A stretch of DNA of 64,000 nt from an uncultured Actinomycetes bacterium (GCA_963725665.1 CAVRZA010000006.1:384001-448000); one strand, 5' to 3'. Positions 29,566 through 42,610 are shown, numbered from the stretch's first letter. Made by a program: numbers and translations. Notes: generated from the sequence alone by a model not told the origin.

Positions 29566-30735
29566 ATGAGCGAACGCGATCCGGTGACCGTCGGCGTCCT
29601 GCTCGCGGGGGGTGTGGCCAGGCGGATGGGCAGCGACAAGCGCGGCCTGCGCCTCGGCGACCGCACCCTGCTCGAGCGCAACCTCGGCTTCTTGCAGAAT
29701 CTCTTCCCGACCGTCGCCGTGTCGCTGCGGGAGGGCCAGGGAGTGGAGCTCCCGATGGGCAGTCTCACCGAGGTGATCGTCGACCGCTACGAGAGCTCGC
29801 CGCTGGCCGGCATCGCGACCGCCCTAGAGCGCTTCGAGACGCCCATCTTCGTGCTCGCGGCCGACATCGCCTTTCCCGACGAGGGCGCCGTGACGGAAGT
29901 CCTCGACGCGTATCGCGGTGCCGACATCGTGGTGCCCATCGTCGACGACAAGCTCGAGCCGCTGCACGCGGTGTACAGTCCGCGCTGTCTGCCGGCCATG
30001 CGCAGGCTCCTCGCGCGCGGACGTCACCGCGTCCTCGACATCTTCCCCGACGTGCGCACGGTCACCGTGCCCTTCCCCACGGTCGAGCCCTTTTGGAACG
30101 TCAACACGCCGGAGGAGTACGAGCGGGCCAGGCAGCGCCTGGCGGAGGCCGCGGCCCACGCCGCTCTCGACACGCCTCAGACCGTGGGCATGAAAGCGGT
30201 GCCGACGGGCGACGAGCGTGCTGCCCACTGGAATCAGCCGGCGCTCGTCGCCGTCGTGGGCAAGAGCGACAGCGGCAAGACCACTCTGATCGAGAGCCTC
30301 ATCCCCGAGCTCAAGCGTCTCGGGCTGCACGTGGGCGCCGTCAAGCACGACGTGCACGGCTTCGACATCGACGTCCCCGGCAAGGACTCCTGGCGTCACG
30401 GACGCGCCGGGGCGGACGCGTACGTCGTCTCCTCCCCAGAGAAGCTGGCCTACGTCGGCAACGTCGAGCAAGAGGTCTCGCTCCAGGAGATCGCCCGCCG
30501 CTTCTTCGCCGGCTTCGACATCGTTGTGGCCGAGGGTTACAAGGACTCGTCCCCCCACAAGGTCGAGATCTTCCGTCGCGCGGCCGGACACGACGTGCCC
30601 CTCTGCGCCCCCAGCGAGGCGATCGCCCTGATGACGGACGCCGACCTGCAGCACGAGCAGCGGTTCGCGCTCGGCGAGGAAGCGCGCCTGGCGCGCTTCC
30701 TCGCCGAGCGCCTCGCCGAGCTGCGCCGCTACTGA
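29566..30735 (+). CDS. mobAB: MobA-MobB fusion (Mo/W cofactor guanylyltransferase + MobB)
   Basis: LLAGGVARRMGSDK, EPLHAVY, NVNTPEE, then VVGKSDSGKTT, VKHDVHGFDIDVPGKDSWR, AEGYK in one frame. Confidence 0.92.
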   Translation: MSERDPVTVGVLLAGGVARRMGSDKRGLRLGDRTLLERNLGFLQNLFPTVAVSLREGQGVELPMGSLTEVIVDRYESSPLAGIATALERFETPIFVLAADIAFPDEGAVTEVLDAYRGADIVVPIVDDKLEPLHAVYSPRCLPAMRRLLARGRHRVLDIFPDVRTVTVPFPTVEPFWNVNTPEEYERARQRLAEAAAHAALDTPQTVGMKAVPTGDERAAHWNQPALVAVVGKSDSGKTTLIESLIPELKRLGLHVGAVKHDVHGFDIDVPGKDSWRHGRAGADAYVVSSPEKLAYVGNVEQEVSLQEIARRFFAGFDIVVAEGYKDSSPHKVEIFRRAAGHDVPLCAPSEAIALMTDADLQHEQRFALGEEARLARFLAERLAELRRY

Positions 30736-30854
30736 CTGCGCCGGACGCCACCCGTCCCTCCCCGCAACACCCACCGCGACACGAGTGTCCTGCTCGCCTG
30801 TTGCGGGCGGTGACGCCCGGGCACGACTGCCCCGACGGGCCGGGCGGCTCCGCC

Positions 30855-30883
30855 TTGATTGTCTCCAGTGCAGGCCGTAGAGT
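30855..30883 (+). promoter_or_regulatory. Putative sigma70-type promoter for tatA
   Basis: TTGATT-N17-TAGAGT about 95 nt before the ATG. Confidence 0.5.
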
Positions 30884-30977
30884 GGTGCGAGCAGCCACTT
30901 CTCGTGCGGCGGCCGGTCGGGCGGGGAGAGACTGCCGGGGCCCGGCCCCTTCCCGAAAGCGATCGAAGAGAGCAGGC

Positions 30978-31355
30978 ATGCCAAGCATCGGTTGGCCAGA
31001 GATCATCATCGTCCTCGTCATCCTGCTGGTCATCTTCGGCCCCAAGCGCCTTCCCCACCTCGGCAAGTCGATAGGCCAGAGCGTGCACCACTTCAAGAGA
31101 GGCATCAAAGGCGAGGACGAAGACGAGCAGCAGGAACAGATCGAAGCCACGCCGGCGCGGCTGAACCAAGCGCAGACGAGCGCTCCGGCTCAGCCCGTGC
31201 CGCAGCCGGCTCCATCCGAGCAGCAGGCGCTTGCGCCCGTCGCCACGACCCAGGCTGTCTCGGGATCAGTTCCGGCCGCTCCGGAGCCCCCCGCGGCGGT
31301 GCCGCCGGCAGCCGAAGTGCCGGAGCCGGGCGAGCGCAGCGCGACCCAGGTCTGA
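30978..31355 (+). CDS. tatA: Twin-arginine translocase TatA/E subunit
   Basis: IGWPEIIIVLVILLVIFGPKRLP.LGKSIG...FKRG; Pro/Ala-rich tail. Confidence 0.93.
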   Translation: MPSIGWPEIIIVLVILLVIFGPKRLPHLGKSIGQSVHHFKRGIKGEDEDEQQEQIEATPARLNQAQTSAPAQPVPQPAPSEQQALAPVATTQAVSGSVPAAPEPPAAVPPAAEVPEPGERSATQV

Positions 31356-31407
31356 CGGGTCGAGGAGCGACGCGCGAACGGCATCCGCCGGCGCGCGACG
31401 CGCGGTC

Positions 31408-31899
31408 TCACTTAGGCGTGAGCAGACAGACGGCCGTCGCCGAGATGCCCTCGCGACGGCCCTCGAAGCCCATGCCTTCGGTCGTCTTGGCCTTGACCCA
31501 GACGTTCTCGACACCGGTCTCCAGAGCCTCAGCGAGACGCTCGCGCATGCGCTGACGGTGCTCGGCGAGACGCGGCTCCTCGAGAACGGCCACGACGTCG
31601 ACGTTGCCCACGCGCCAGCCCCACTCACGCACTTGCCTCATGACGCCGGCAAGCAAGTCGACGCTGGCAGCGTCCCCGTATGCCGGGTCGCTGTCGGGGA
31701 AGAGCACGCCGATGTCGGCCAGACCGGCGGCGCCCAGCACGGCGTCGATTACGGCGTGGGTCACGACGTCGGCGTCGGAGTGCCCGACGAGCCCCAGCGG
31801 GTAGCCGATCTCGACGCCTCCCAGCACGAGCCGCCGTCCAGCGCCGAAACGGTGGGCGTCGTAACCGACCCCTACTCTTGCGTCTCCGCGGTCAGACGT
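31408..31899 (-). CDS. ispF: MEcPP synthase IspF; start ambiguous (ACG 31899 or fusion to ispD)
   Basis: RVGVGYDAHRF, LGGV, GHSDADV, DIG..FPD, KAKTTEGMGF.GR.EGI. Confidence 0.93.
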   Translation of the reverse strand, partial: TSDRGDARVGVGYDAHRFGAGRRLVLGGVEIGYPLGLVGHSDADVVTHAVIDAVLGAAGLADIGVLFPDSDPAYGDAASVDLLAGVMRQVREWGWRVGNVDVVAVLEEPRLAEHRQRMRERLAEALETGVENVWVKAKTTEGMGFEGRREGISATAVCLLTPK

Positions 31900-32617
31900 C
31901 GGCCTCGACCTCCCAGGACAGCACGGCGCCGGCCAGCGGCAGATCGCCGGGCGTGGTTATCTTGACGTTGCCCGGCGTCGAGGGCACGACGACCACGCGC
32001 CGCCCTCCACGCTCAAGCAGAGCGGCGTCGTCGGTCGCCCCCGAGACGTCGGGGCGAGCGTAGGCGGCGCGCAGCGCGTCGGCGCGGAAGAGTTGCGGCG
32101 TCTGCACGGCCCACAAGCCCGCGCGGTCGACGGTCTCGATGACGCCGCCCTCGGCGTCGGCCCGCTTCAAGGTGTCGGCCACGGGGTAGGCGGGGATGGC
32201 GCCGTCGAGGCCGTCGAGACCGGCGAGCGCCGACAAGCAGTCCTCGAACACGCGCTTGCTGAACAGGGGACGCGCGCCGTCGTGCACGGCGATGAACTCG
32301 GTCTCAGCCGGCACCTCGAGAAGCCCGGCGCGAATCGAGTCGCAGCGGTCGCGCCCGCCCTCGGCGATTAGGATCGGCTTACCTTCCTCGAGGAAGAGGA
32401 GCTCGTTGGCGAAGCGAACGGTGTGCGAGGGGTGCAGGACGACGACGACCCCGGCCACCGCCGGAACCGCGAGCAGGCGGCGCACCGAGTGGCAGAGCAC
32501 GGGCTCGCCCCCGAGGAGCAAGAACTGCTTCGACTCGCCCTCGGGCAGGCCCATGCGCCGGCTCTCGCCGGCCGCGGCGACCACCGCCCAGACCGACCCC
32601 TCGCGTCCATCGCTCAT
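31892..32617 (-). CDS. ispD: MEP cytidylyltransferase IspD
   Basis: AAGESRRM, KQF, VHDGARP, QTPQ, TDDA, NVKITTPGD. Confidence 0.95.
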   Translation of the reverse strand: MSDGREGSVWAVVAAAGESRRMGLPEGESKQFLLLGGEPVLCHSVRRLLAVPAVAGVVVVLHPSHTVRFANELLFLEEGKPILIAEGGRDRCDSIRAGLLEVPAETEFIAVHDGARPLFSKRVFEDCLSALAGLDGLDGAIPAYPVADTLKRADAEGGVIETVDRAGLWAVQTPQLFRADALRAAYARPDVSGATDDAALLERGGRRVVVVPSTPGNVKITTPGDLPLAGAVLSWEVEADV

Positions 32618-32659
32618 GGCGACATCACTCCCTTCGGGTCACCGGGCGGCCCGGCGTCC

Positions 32660-33712
32660 TCATCGCACCAGTCTGGTGAAGATCATCTTCCCCGAGGGGC
32701 TTTGCAGAACGCTCGTCACCTCGGCTTTGACCGTGCTCCCGATGAGCGGTCTCGCCCCCTCGACCACGATCATCGTGCCGTCGTCGAGGTAGCCCACGCC
32801 CTGCTCGTGCTCGCGCCCCTCTCGCAGGACCTTGACCTCGATCTCCTCCCCGGGCAGCACGACTGTCTTCACGGCGTTCGCGAGCTCGTTGACGTTGAGC
32901 ACGCCGACTCCCTGGATGTCGGCCACTTTGTTGAGGTTGTAGTCGGTGGTCAGGATGTCGGCGTGCAGCTCGAGGGCCAGGCGTACGAGCTTGGCGTCGA
33001 CAGCGGACAGATCATCGTAGTCGTTGTCGATCACGCGCACGTGGCGCGACAGGCCTTTCAGCTCCTTGACCACGTCGAGTCCCCGGCGCCCCCGGATGCG
33101 CTTCTCGGGATCGCCCGAGTCGGCCACGCGTTGGATCTCGTGGACGACGAAGCGCGGGATGAGCAGCTCGCCGTCGAGGAAGTGGGCCTTGACGATGTCG
33201 GCCACGCGCCCGTCGATGATCGCGCTGGAGTCGAGGACCTTGCGCGACGACGAGGAGCCGTCGCTCCCGTGCGGCGGCGGGTTGATGCCGATCAGGCGCA
33301 GGATGTCGACGTGCTTGCGCGCCGCCAGGTAGGCGGTGATGTAGCCCACGATGAGGAAGAGCGGCACCAGAAGGTAGTTGCCCACGTAGGGGAGGTCTTT
33401 GAGTGCCAGGCTGAAGAGGGCCGCGATGCCGAGGCCGACGATCAGGCCGGCGGTGCCGACGACGATCTGCGAACCGGGGACCTTGGAGAGGGACTGCTCG
33501 AAGTGGTGCAGGAGGCGCTGAGCTCCCCTCCCCAGAAAGCCGCCCGCGATGAAGCCGACTAGGCCACCCACGAGCACCAGGACGATGACCGCAACGATGT
33601 TGTAGCGCTCGGGGATCGACGGCACGATCTGGCCGCGCCGCAACGTCGTGAACTGGTAAGCGGCGACGGCACCGAGGACTGAGAAGACGAGACGGACGGC
33701 TACGACGAACAA
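32660..33712 (-). CDS. PIN/TRAM domain membrane protein (YacL-like)
   Basis: TM helices then LDSSAIIDGR, RGRRGLD, TTDYNLNKVA, QGVGYLDDGTM. Confidence 0.93.
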   Translation of the reverse strand: MFVVAVRLVFSVLGAVAAYQFTTLRRGQIVPSIPERYNIVAVIVLVLVGGLVGFIAGGFLGRGAQRLLHHFEQSLSKVPGSQIVVGTAGLIVGLGIAALFSLALKDLPYVGNYLLVPLFLIVGYITAYLAARKHVDILRLIGINPPPHGSDGSSSSRKVLDSSAIIDGRVADIVKAHFLDGELLIPRFVVHEIQRVADSGDPEKRIRGRRGLDVVKELKGLSRHVRVIDNDYDDLSAVDAKLVRLALELHADILTTDYNLNKVADIQGVGVLNVNELANAVKTVVLPGEEIEVKVLREGREHEQGVGYLDDGTMIVVEGARPLIGSTVKAEVTSVLQSPSGKMIFTRLVR

Positions 33713-33750
33713 GGAGGTCCCCTTCGGCGTCGCCTAGTGGCGGAGGGCGT

Positions 33751-34290
33751 CTAGGATACCGAAGCCACCTGGGGTTCGACGGGCACCGTCGGCGGCACCC
33801 GGCCGCCGTTCACCTCGCCGAGGATCCCATCGAGGAACAGGTTGGCATCGTCTTCGGAGAGGTTGCGGGCGTACATGAGCTCGCTGGCGAGGATCTTCTT
33901 GGCCTTCGAGAACATCTGCTTCTCACCGGTCGAGAGACCCTTGTCGGCGTGGCGCACGGAGAGGTTGCGCACGACCTCGGCGACCTCGAAGATGTCGCCC
34001 GTCTTGAGCTTGTCGCGGTTGTGCTTGTAGCGGCGGCTCCAGTTCTTGGGCATCTTGGTGGGTCGACCGCGGAGCACCTCAAGCACGTCATCGACGACCC
34101 GCGGATCGACGACCTTGCGGATGCCGGCGCGGTCGGCGTTCTCGACCGGCACCATGACCTTCATGTCGTTGTGCAGGATCTGGATGGTCAGGTACTCGCG
34201 AAGCTGACCAAGGACCTCTTTGCGCTCGATCTGCATGATCTTCCCCGCGCCGTGGTGGGGATAGACCACTTTGTCGCCGACCTCGTACAA
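33751..34290 (-). CDS. carD: CarD family transcription regulator
   Basis: GDKVVYPHHGAG, MVP, NWSRRYK, LSTGEK; TTG 34290 after GGAGG. Confidence 0.95.
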   Translation of the reverse strand: MYEVGDKVVYPHHGAGKIMQIERKEVLGQLREYLTIQILHNDMKVMVPVENADRAGIRKVVDPRVVDDVLEVLRGRPTKMPKNWSRRYKHNRDKLKTGDIFEVAEVVRNLSVRHADKGLSTGEKQMFSKAKKILASELMYARNLSEDDANLFLDGILGEVNGGRVPPTVPVEPQVASVS

Positions 34291-34294
34291 CCTC

Positions 34295-35743
34295 TCAGTC
34301 CTCCCTTGCGTCCGCGCCTCGTGAGACATCGCGCTTGCGCGCGGCCGGTCCGCCGACCCTGCCTACCGCTGCTCTCACATCGGCGAGGCCGACGGCATCG
34401 GGGACATGCCCGCCGACGCGCCGGGCATCGGAACGGGGCATGAGGATGGCACCGAGACCGACCCTTCTAGCCTCAGCGCAGCGCCGCTCAGGCTGACTCG
34501 ACGAGCGCAACTCTCCGGTGAGACTGATCTCGCCGAACGACGCTGTACCTGGGAGCGGCACACCACGTTCGGCTGAGGCTATCGCCAAGGCGACAGCCAA
34601 GTCGGCCGCGGGCTCCTCGATGCGCATGCCGCCTGCTATGTTAACAAATATGTCGGAGGACGCCAAAGCGAGGTTGGCGTGTCTCGTTAGTACGGCGAGT
34701 ATCATCGCGAGCCGGTTGCGGTCGAACCCGGTCGCCACACGACGCGGCATGGCGAGCTCGCTCCTGCTGACCAGAGCCTGGACCTCGACAAGGAAGCAGC
34801 GCGTGCCCTCGACCGCGACGTGCACGCAGGAGCCGGCTGCGGGAGCCTGTTCCGAGAGGAAGAGGCGCGAGGGGTCCTCGACGCCGAGCAGGCCGCCCTC
34901 GGTCATCTCGAACACCCCCAGCTCGTTGGTCGAGCCGAAGCGGTTCTTGGCCGCGCGCAGCACGCGGAAGAAGCGGTCGCGGTCGCCCTCGAACTGCAGC
35001 ACCGTGTCGACCATGTGCTCGAGCACGCGCGGCCCGGCGATGGCGCCGTCCTTGGTGACGTGGCCGACGAGGAACACCGCCACCCCGCTGTCTTTCGCCA
35101 GGCGCAGGAAGCGCCCGGCGGCCTCGCGCACCTGGCTCACGCTGCCGGGCGCCGACGAGAGCTCGCCGGCGTAGAGAGTCTGCACGGAGTCGACGACGAC
35201 GACCGCCGGGCGCTCCTCGTCGACGGCGGCGATCACCGACTCGAGCTCGGTCTCGGCCAGGACGCCGATGCGGTCGAGGCTGCCCCGGCAGATGCGCTCG
35301 GCGCGCATGCGCACCTGGGCCGCCGACTCTTCGCCGCACACGATCAGCACCGGACGGGCGGCCGAGACCGCATCGGCCACCTGCAGCAGCAAGGTGCTCT
35401 TGCCGATGCCCGGCTCGCCGCCGACGAGCACCAGCGAGCCCGGCACGATCCCGCCCCCGAGAACGAGGTCTAGCTCGGCGATGCCCGACGAGAACCGGCC
35501 GACCGTGGACGAGGCGACCTCGGAGAGGGCGACGGGGCGGGCGGCGCCGCCGCCCGGCCCGTCGCCGCGACCTGCGGGCGCACCAAGGCCCCGGCCGCGG
35601 CCGCCCTTGGCGGCCCGGGCCGGGGCCTTGACGATCTCTTCGGCGAAGCTGTTCCAGGCGCCGCAGTCGGGACAATGGCCCAGCCACTTGGGCTCGCTGC
35701 GCCCGCATTGCGCGCAGACGAAGACGGTCTGGCGCTTGTTCAC
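34295..35743 (-). CDS. radA: DNA repair protein RadA/Sms
   Basis: CAQCG...CPDCG zinc finger, GEPGIGKST, KNRFG, ADLAVA. Confidence 0.96.
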   Translation of the reverse strand: MNKRQTVFVCAQCGRSEPKWLGHCPDCGAWNSFAEEIVKAPARAAKGGRGRGLGAPAGRGDGPGGGAARPVALSEVASSTVGRFSSGIAELDLVLGGGIVPGSLVLVGGEPGIGKSTLLLQVADAVSAARPVLIVCGEESAAQVRMRAERICRGSLDRIGVLAETELESVIAAVDEERPAVVVVDSVQTLYAGELSSAPGSVSQVREAAGRFLRLAKDSGVAVFLVGHVTKDGAIAGPRVLEHMVDTVLQFEGDRDRFFRVLRAAKNRFGSTNELGVFEMTEGGLLGVEDPSRLFLSEQAPAAGSCVHVAVEGTRCFLVEVQALVSRSELAMPRRVATGFDRNRLAMILAVLTRHANLALASSDIFVNIAGGMRIEEPAADLAVALAIASAERGVPLPGTASFGEISLTGELRSSSQPERRCAEARRVGLGAILMPRSDARRVGGHVPDAVGLADVRAAVGRVGGPAARKRDVSRGADARED

Positions 35744-35830
35744 GCCGTCACATCCCCCTGCCCGACGTGGCCCGGCGCAACGGGCGCCCAAAGGGCTGAG
35801 CACGGAGCCGGCGACGCAGTCACTCGACCG

Positions 35831-38380
<2,550 letters not shown>

Positions 38381-38732
38381 CTCTCCTCCTCAAGCGAACG
38401 CGGTCGCTCTGTGGTCTCGCCGCTCCCCGATCCGAGAAAGGGCAACGCCCGCTCGACCCTCCGCCAGCCCGCCTATCGGCCCGCGGAGCCACTTTCTATA
38501 GTACCCGGAATCCCCGACGCTCACGACCCGGCCTCCGACGCTCCCGGGTGACGTAGGAGACGTCGCCGACCTTCGTTCCGAAGTGGTCTGGCGGGAAGCG
38601 CAGGAAGCGACGCGAGAGCGGCTCGCCGCCGAGTGTTCCCTGAAGAGCGCCGCGCCACACGCGCGCGACGGGGTTCCAGGATAGAGCGACTATACCACGG
38701 GCGAGGGTGAAACGGCTCTGTAGGCCGGCCGC

Positions 38733-40217
38733 CTAGCCGCGCAGCTGCGGAAAGAGGATGACGTCGCGGATCGAAGCGGCGCCGGTGAGGATCATGACGA
38801 CGCGGTCGATCCCCATGCCCATGCCGCCCGTGGGCGGCATGCCGTGCTCCATCGCCTCGAGGAAGTCCTCGTCGAGACGATGGGCCGTCTCGTCGCCGGC
38901 CGCAAGGTCGTCCATGTGCTGCAGGAAGCGCTCCCGCTGGTCGTCGGGGTCGTTGAGCTCGGAGAACGCGTTGCTGGTCTCCATCCCGGCGATGAAGCCC
39001 TCGAAGCGCTCGACGAAGCGCGGATCGTGGGGCGTCTTCTTCGCGAAGGGGCTCGTCTCGATCGGATGCTCGGTGATGAACACCGGCTGGATCAGGTCCG
39101 GTTCGACCGTCTCCGAGAAGAGCTCGTCGACCTGCAGCCCCCACGTCGGCGCCAGGGGGACCCTCTCGTCGAGGCCTTTCGCCTTGATGGCGGCCTGCAA
39201 GCCGGCCACTTCGCGCACGTCGTCGGCGCCGATGTCGATGCCGGTCTTCTCGCGGATGGCCTCACGCATCGTCTTGCGCGGCCACGGAGGGGTGAGGTCG
39301 ATCTCGTGGTCGCGGAACGTGACTTTGAGGTCTCCGACGACCCGGGCGGCTGTCACCAGCAGCTCTTCCACCATGTCCATCACATGGTTGTAGTCGACGT
39401 AGGCCTCGTAGGTCTCGAGCATGGTGAACTCGGGGTTGTGCTTGAAACTCACGCCTTCGTTGCGGAAGTCCTTGCCGATCTCATAGACCTTGTCGATGCC
39501 GCCGATGATGAGTCGCTTGAGATAGAGCTCGACGGCGATGCGCAGGTACAGGTCGCGATGCAGCTCGTTGTGGTGCGTCACGAACGGCCGCGCCATGGCG
39601 CCACCGTAGAGCGGCTGCAGGATCGGAGTCTCGACCTCGACGAAGCCACGCTCGTCGAGGAACTCGCGGATGGCCGAGATGATCCGCGCGCGCTTCATGA
39701 AGACCTCGCGCGACTCGTCGTTGACGATCGTGTCGAGGTAGCGCTTACGGTAGCGGAGCTCGACGTCGTGCAGGCCGTGGAACTTCTCCGGCAACGGACG
39801 CACCGACTTGGTGAGGAGCTCGACCGAGCTCACGCGCAGCGAGAGCTCTCCGCGGCGCGTGCGCAGCATCGTGCCCTCGGCGCCGATGATGTCGCCCAGG
39901 TCGAGATCGCGCACCGCCTCGTAGGCGTCGCCGAGCGAGTCGGCGGAGGCGAGCAGCTGCAGCTCGCCGCTGCCGTCCTTCACCACCAGGAATGAGAGCC
40001 CGCCGTGCAGGCGCTTGGCCATGACGCGGCCGGCTACGCGGTGGACGGCCGCGTCTTCCTCGCCGTCGGCGAGCCGCTCGTAACTCTCACGCAGGCCCGC
40101 TATCTCTTCGCGCCGATCGTACTTGGTCGGGAACGGTACGGCGCAGCGCCGGCGCAACTCGTCGAGCTTGCGCCGCCGTTCTTCGAGGAGGCTCCCCGGC
40201 TGCTCGTCAGAGTGCAC
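38733..40217 (-). CDS. lysS: Lysine--tRNA ligase (class II)
   Basis: LPEKFHGL, YLRIAVELYLK, FRNEG, HNPEF, GMPPTGGMGMGIDR. Confidence 0.97.
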   Translation of the reverse strand: MHSDEQPGSLLEERRRKLDELRRRCAVPFPTKYDRREEIAGLRESYERLADGEEDAAVHRVAGRVMAKRLHGGLSFLVVKDGSGELQLLASADSLGDAYEAVRDLDLGDIIGAEGTMLRTRRGELSLRVSSVELLTKSVRPLPEKFHGLHDVELRYRKRYLDTIVNDESREVFMKRARIISAIREFLDERGFVEVETPILQPLYGGAMARPFVTHHNELHRDLYLRIAVELYLKRLIIGGIDKVYEIGKDFRNEGVSFKHNPEFTMLETYEAYVDYNHVMDMVEELLVTAARVVGDLKVTFRDHEIDLTPPWPRKTMREAIREKTGIDIGADDVREVAGLQAAIKAKGLDERVPLAPTWGLQVDELFSETVEPDLIQPVFITEHPIETSPFAKKTPHDPRFVERFEGFIAGMETSNAFSELNDPDDQRERFLQHMDDLAAGDETAHRLDEDFLEAMEHGMPPTGGMGMGIDRVVMILTGAASIRDVILFPQLRG

Positions 40218-40233
40218 GCGAGAGACTGCCGGC

Positions 40234-40734
40234 CTAGTCGGCCCGTTCTATCGTGAGGATCTTGAGGTGCATCGCGCCCTGCGGCACCGTCACCGTGACC
40301 TCGTCGCCGGGGACCTGGCCGATGATGGCGCGACCCACGGGAGACTCGTTGGAGAGCTTGTGTTTCGATGGGTCGGCCTCGGCCGACCCGACGATCGAGT
40401 ACTCGAGGACCGCGCCGCGGTCCATGTCCTGCAGCGTGACCTTGGTGCCCACGCCGACGGTATCGGTCTTCACGTCCTTGGCGTCGATCACGATGGCGCT
40501 GCGCAGTCTCTCCTCGAGGGCGAAGATGCGCTGTTCCAGCATCGCCTGCTCGTTCTTGGCGTCGTCGTACTCGGAGTTCTCGCTGATGTCGCCGAAGTAG
40601 CGCGACTCTTTGATGCGCTCGGCGACCTCCTCACGCTTCTTGGTCGAGAGGTAGTCGATCTCCTCCTTGAGCCTCCGATAACCCTCGGGGGTGAGGATGA
40701 TCTCTCTGTCCAGCAACTCAGCTCCTTTGTTCAC
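40234..40734 (-). CDS. greA: Transcription elongation factor GreA
   Basis: GDISENSEYDDAK, SNESPVGRA. Confidence 0.96.
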   Translation of the reverse strand: MNKGAELLDREIILTPEGYRRLKEEIDYLSTKKREEVAERIKESRYFGDISENSEYDDAKNEQAMLEQRIFALEERLRSAIVIDAKDVKTDTVGVGTKVTLQDMDRGAVLEYSIVGSAEADPSKHKLSNESPVGRAIIGQVPGDEVTVTVPQGAMHLKILTIERAD

Positions 40735-40846
40735 CGCTGCCGCAGCGGCCCTGTGGCTGAAAGCTAGCCATTATAGGCAGTCGGGACACCTCATGCAAAG
40801 AGGCGAACGGTGGACATCGATCCCCGTGCCGTCACCGCTGCCCCAC

Positions 40847-41803
40847 CTAGGTTCGCCGCAGCAGGTCCCGAACCTCGTCGAGACTCCGTGCCTGCATGAG
40901 TTCCCGTACGAGGCGGCCGTCAATCGTCCCGCTGCGCCGGAAGCGCGGCCAGAACCGGCGCAGATAGCCCACGGCACGCTCCCCGCGCTCCCGCGCCGCC
41001 TCATCGACGAAGCGATCGACTTCCTTGAGCTGCTCTTCAAGGGGGGGCCGCTCTCCGCCGGTGAGGATTTCGCGGAAGAGCCACGGGCGACCGAGGGCGG
41101 CGCGGGCCAGCATGACGGCGGCGCAGCCGCCGTCGAGGAGGCCCGCGCACACCGCCCCGTCCGTGACATCGCCCGAGGCGATGACCGGCACAGGCAGGCG
41201 CCGCGCCAGCGCCAGCGTAAGCGCGTGGTCGGCCTTACCGCGGTAGAGCTGGCTCGCCGAGCGCGGGTGGAGGCAGACGGCAGCCACGCCGGCGGCGACC
41301 AGGCGGGGCGCCAAGTCGACCCCCGCCTGGTCGCCGCCGGTCAGGCCGGAGCGCAGCTTCACCGTCAGCGGCACGCGCGGTGGCAGAACGGCCGCGGCGG
41401 CAGCCACGACGCGCTCCGCCAGGTCCGGCTCGCGCAGGAGAGCGGCGCCGGCTCCCGTCTTCATCACCTTGCGCACCGGACAGGCGAAGTTGAGGTCGAC
41501 GAGGTCGGCGCCGGCGGCCACGCAGACGGCGGCCGCCTCGGCCATCAGCCCCGGGTCGGCGCCGAAGATCTGGAAGCCGATGGGGTGCTCGTCGTCGCCG
41601 ATCTCGAGATACCGGCGCGTGTGCGGGTTGCCGTAGGCGATGCCGTGCGACGAGATCATCTCGGTGAAGACGAGGCCGGCGCCCCAGCGCCGGACGCTGC
41701 GCCGGAACGGCCGTGTGGTGATACCGGCCATGGGCGCCATAGCGAGGCGGCGGTCGAGGCGCAGCGCGCCGATGGCGAAAGGGGTCGCGAGGCCGCCCGT
41801 CAC
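40847..41803 (-). CDS. dusB: tRNA-dihydrouridine synthase
   Basis: APMAG, TEM, DLNFACP, GAGAALL, VKLR, HPR. Confidence 0.92.
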   Translation of the reverse strand: MTGGLATPFAIGALRLDRRLAMAPMAGITTRPFRRSVRRWGAGLVFTEMISSHGIAYGNPHTRRYLEIGDDEHPIGFQIFGADPGLMAEAAAVCVAAGADLVDLNFACPVRKVMKTGAGAALLREPDLAERVVAAAAAVLPPRVPLTVKLRSGLTGGDQAGVDLAPRLVAAGVAAVCLHPRSASQLYRGKADHALTLALARRLPVPVIASGDVTDGAVCAGLLDGGCAAVMLARAALGRPWLFREILTGGERPPLEEQLKEVDRFVDEAARERGERAVGYLRRFWPRFRRSGTIDGRLVRELMQARSLDEVRDLLRRT

Positions 41804-41821
41804 GGCAGACGCGGGGGGCGG

Positions 41822-42610
41822 CTAGCTCTCGCGCTCGTGCGCCGGGCGCTGGCGCCGGAGGAGGATCTCGATGCCCTTCAGGGTGAGGAAGGGGTCGACG
41901 GCCGAGATCGTCGTCGTGTGGCGCGCGATGAGCTCGGCGAGGCCGCCCGTCGCTACGACGGGCGCGGCCTCGCCGAGCTCATCGCGCACGGCGGCGACGA
42001 TCCCGTCGACCTGTCCGGCGAAGCCGTACACGGCGCCGACCTGCATCGCCTCGACCGTGTCGCGGCCGATGCGGCGCTCGGGCTCCGCGATATCGACCTT
42101 GATCAGCTTCGCGGCCCGCGTCGTGAGCGCCTCCATCGACACCTCCACGCCGGGAGCGATGACGCCCCCGGCGTAGTCGCCCTCAGCGTTCACCACGTCG
42201 AAGTTGGTCGAGGTGCCGAAGTCGACCACGATCAGCGGGCGACCGTAGAACTCGGCCCCCGCCACCGCGTTGACGATGCGGTCGGCGCCCACCTCAGCCG
42301 GGTTCTTGAGCAGGATGCGCATGCCGGTGCGCATGCCGGGACCGACGACGAAGGCTTCGACGCCGAGGCGCTTGCGGCACATCTCGGCCCACTGCGTCGT
42401 GAGACGCGGTACGACTGAGGCGATGCCGACCTCGTCCACCAGATCGGCCGGTCTCGCGTCACGCAGCGAGAAGAAGCCGACGAGGAGCCCGGCGAGCTCG
42501 TCGCCCGTGCGATGACGCACCGTAGCGATGCGCCAGTGGTCGATGACCTCGCGGCCGTCGAGGAGGCCGATGGCCGTCTGCGTGTTGCCGACGTCGACCG
42601 CGAGAAGCAC
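41822..42610 (-). CDS. coaX: Type III pantothenate kinase
   Basis: LAVDVGNT, SVVP, GADR, DFGT, TGG. Confidence 0.95.
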   Translation of the reverse strand: MLLAVDVGNTQTAIGLLDGREVIDHWRIATVRHRTGDELAGLLVGFFSLRDARPADLVDEVGIASVVPRLTTQWAEMCRKRLGVEAFVVGPGMRTGMRILLKNPAEVGADRIVNAVAGAEFYGRPLIVVDFGTSTNFDVVNAEGDYAGGVIAPGVEVSMEALTTRAAKLIKVDIAEPERRIGRDTVEAMQVGAVYGFAGQVDGIVAAVRDELGEAAPVVATGGLAELIARHTTTISAVDPFLTLKGIEILLRRQRPAHERES

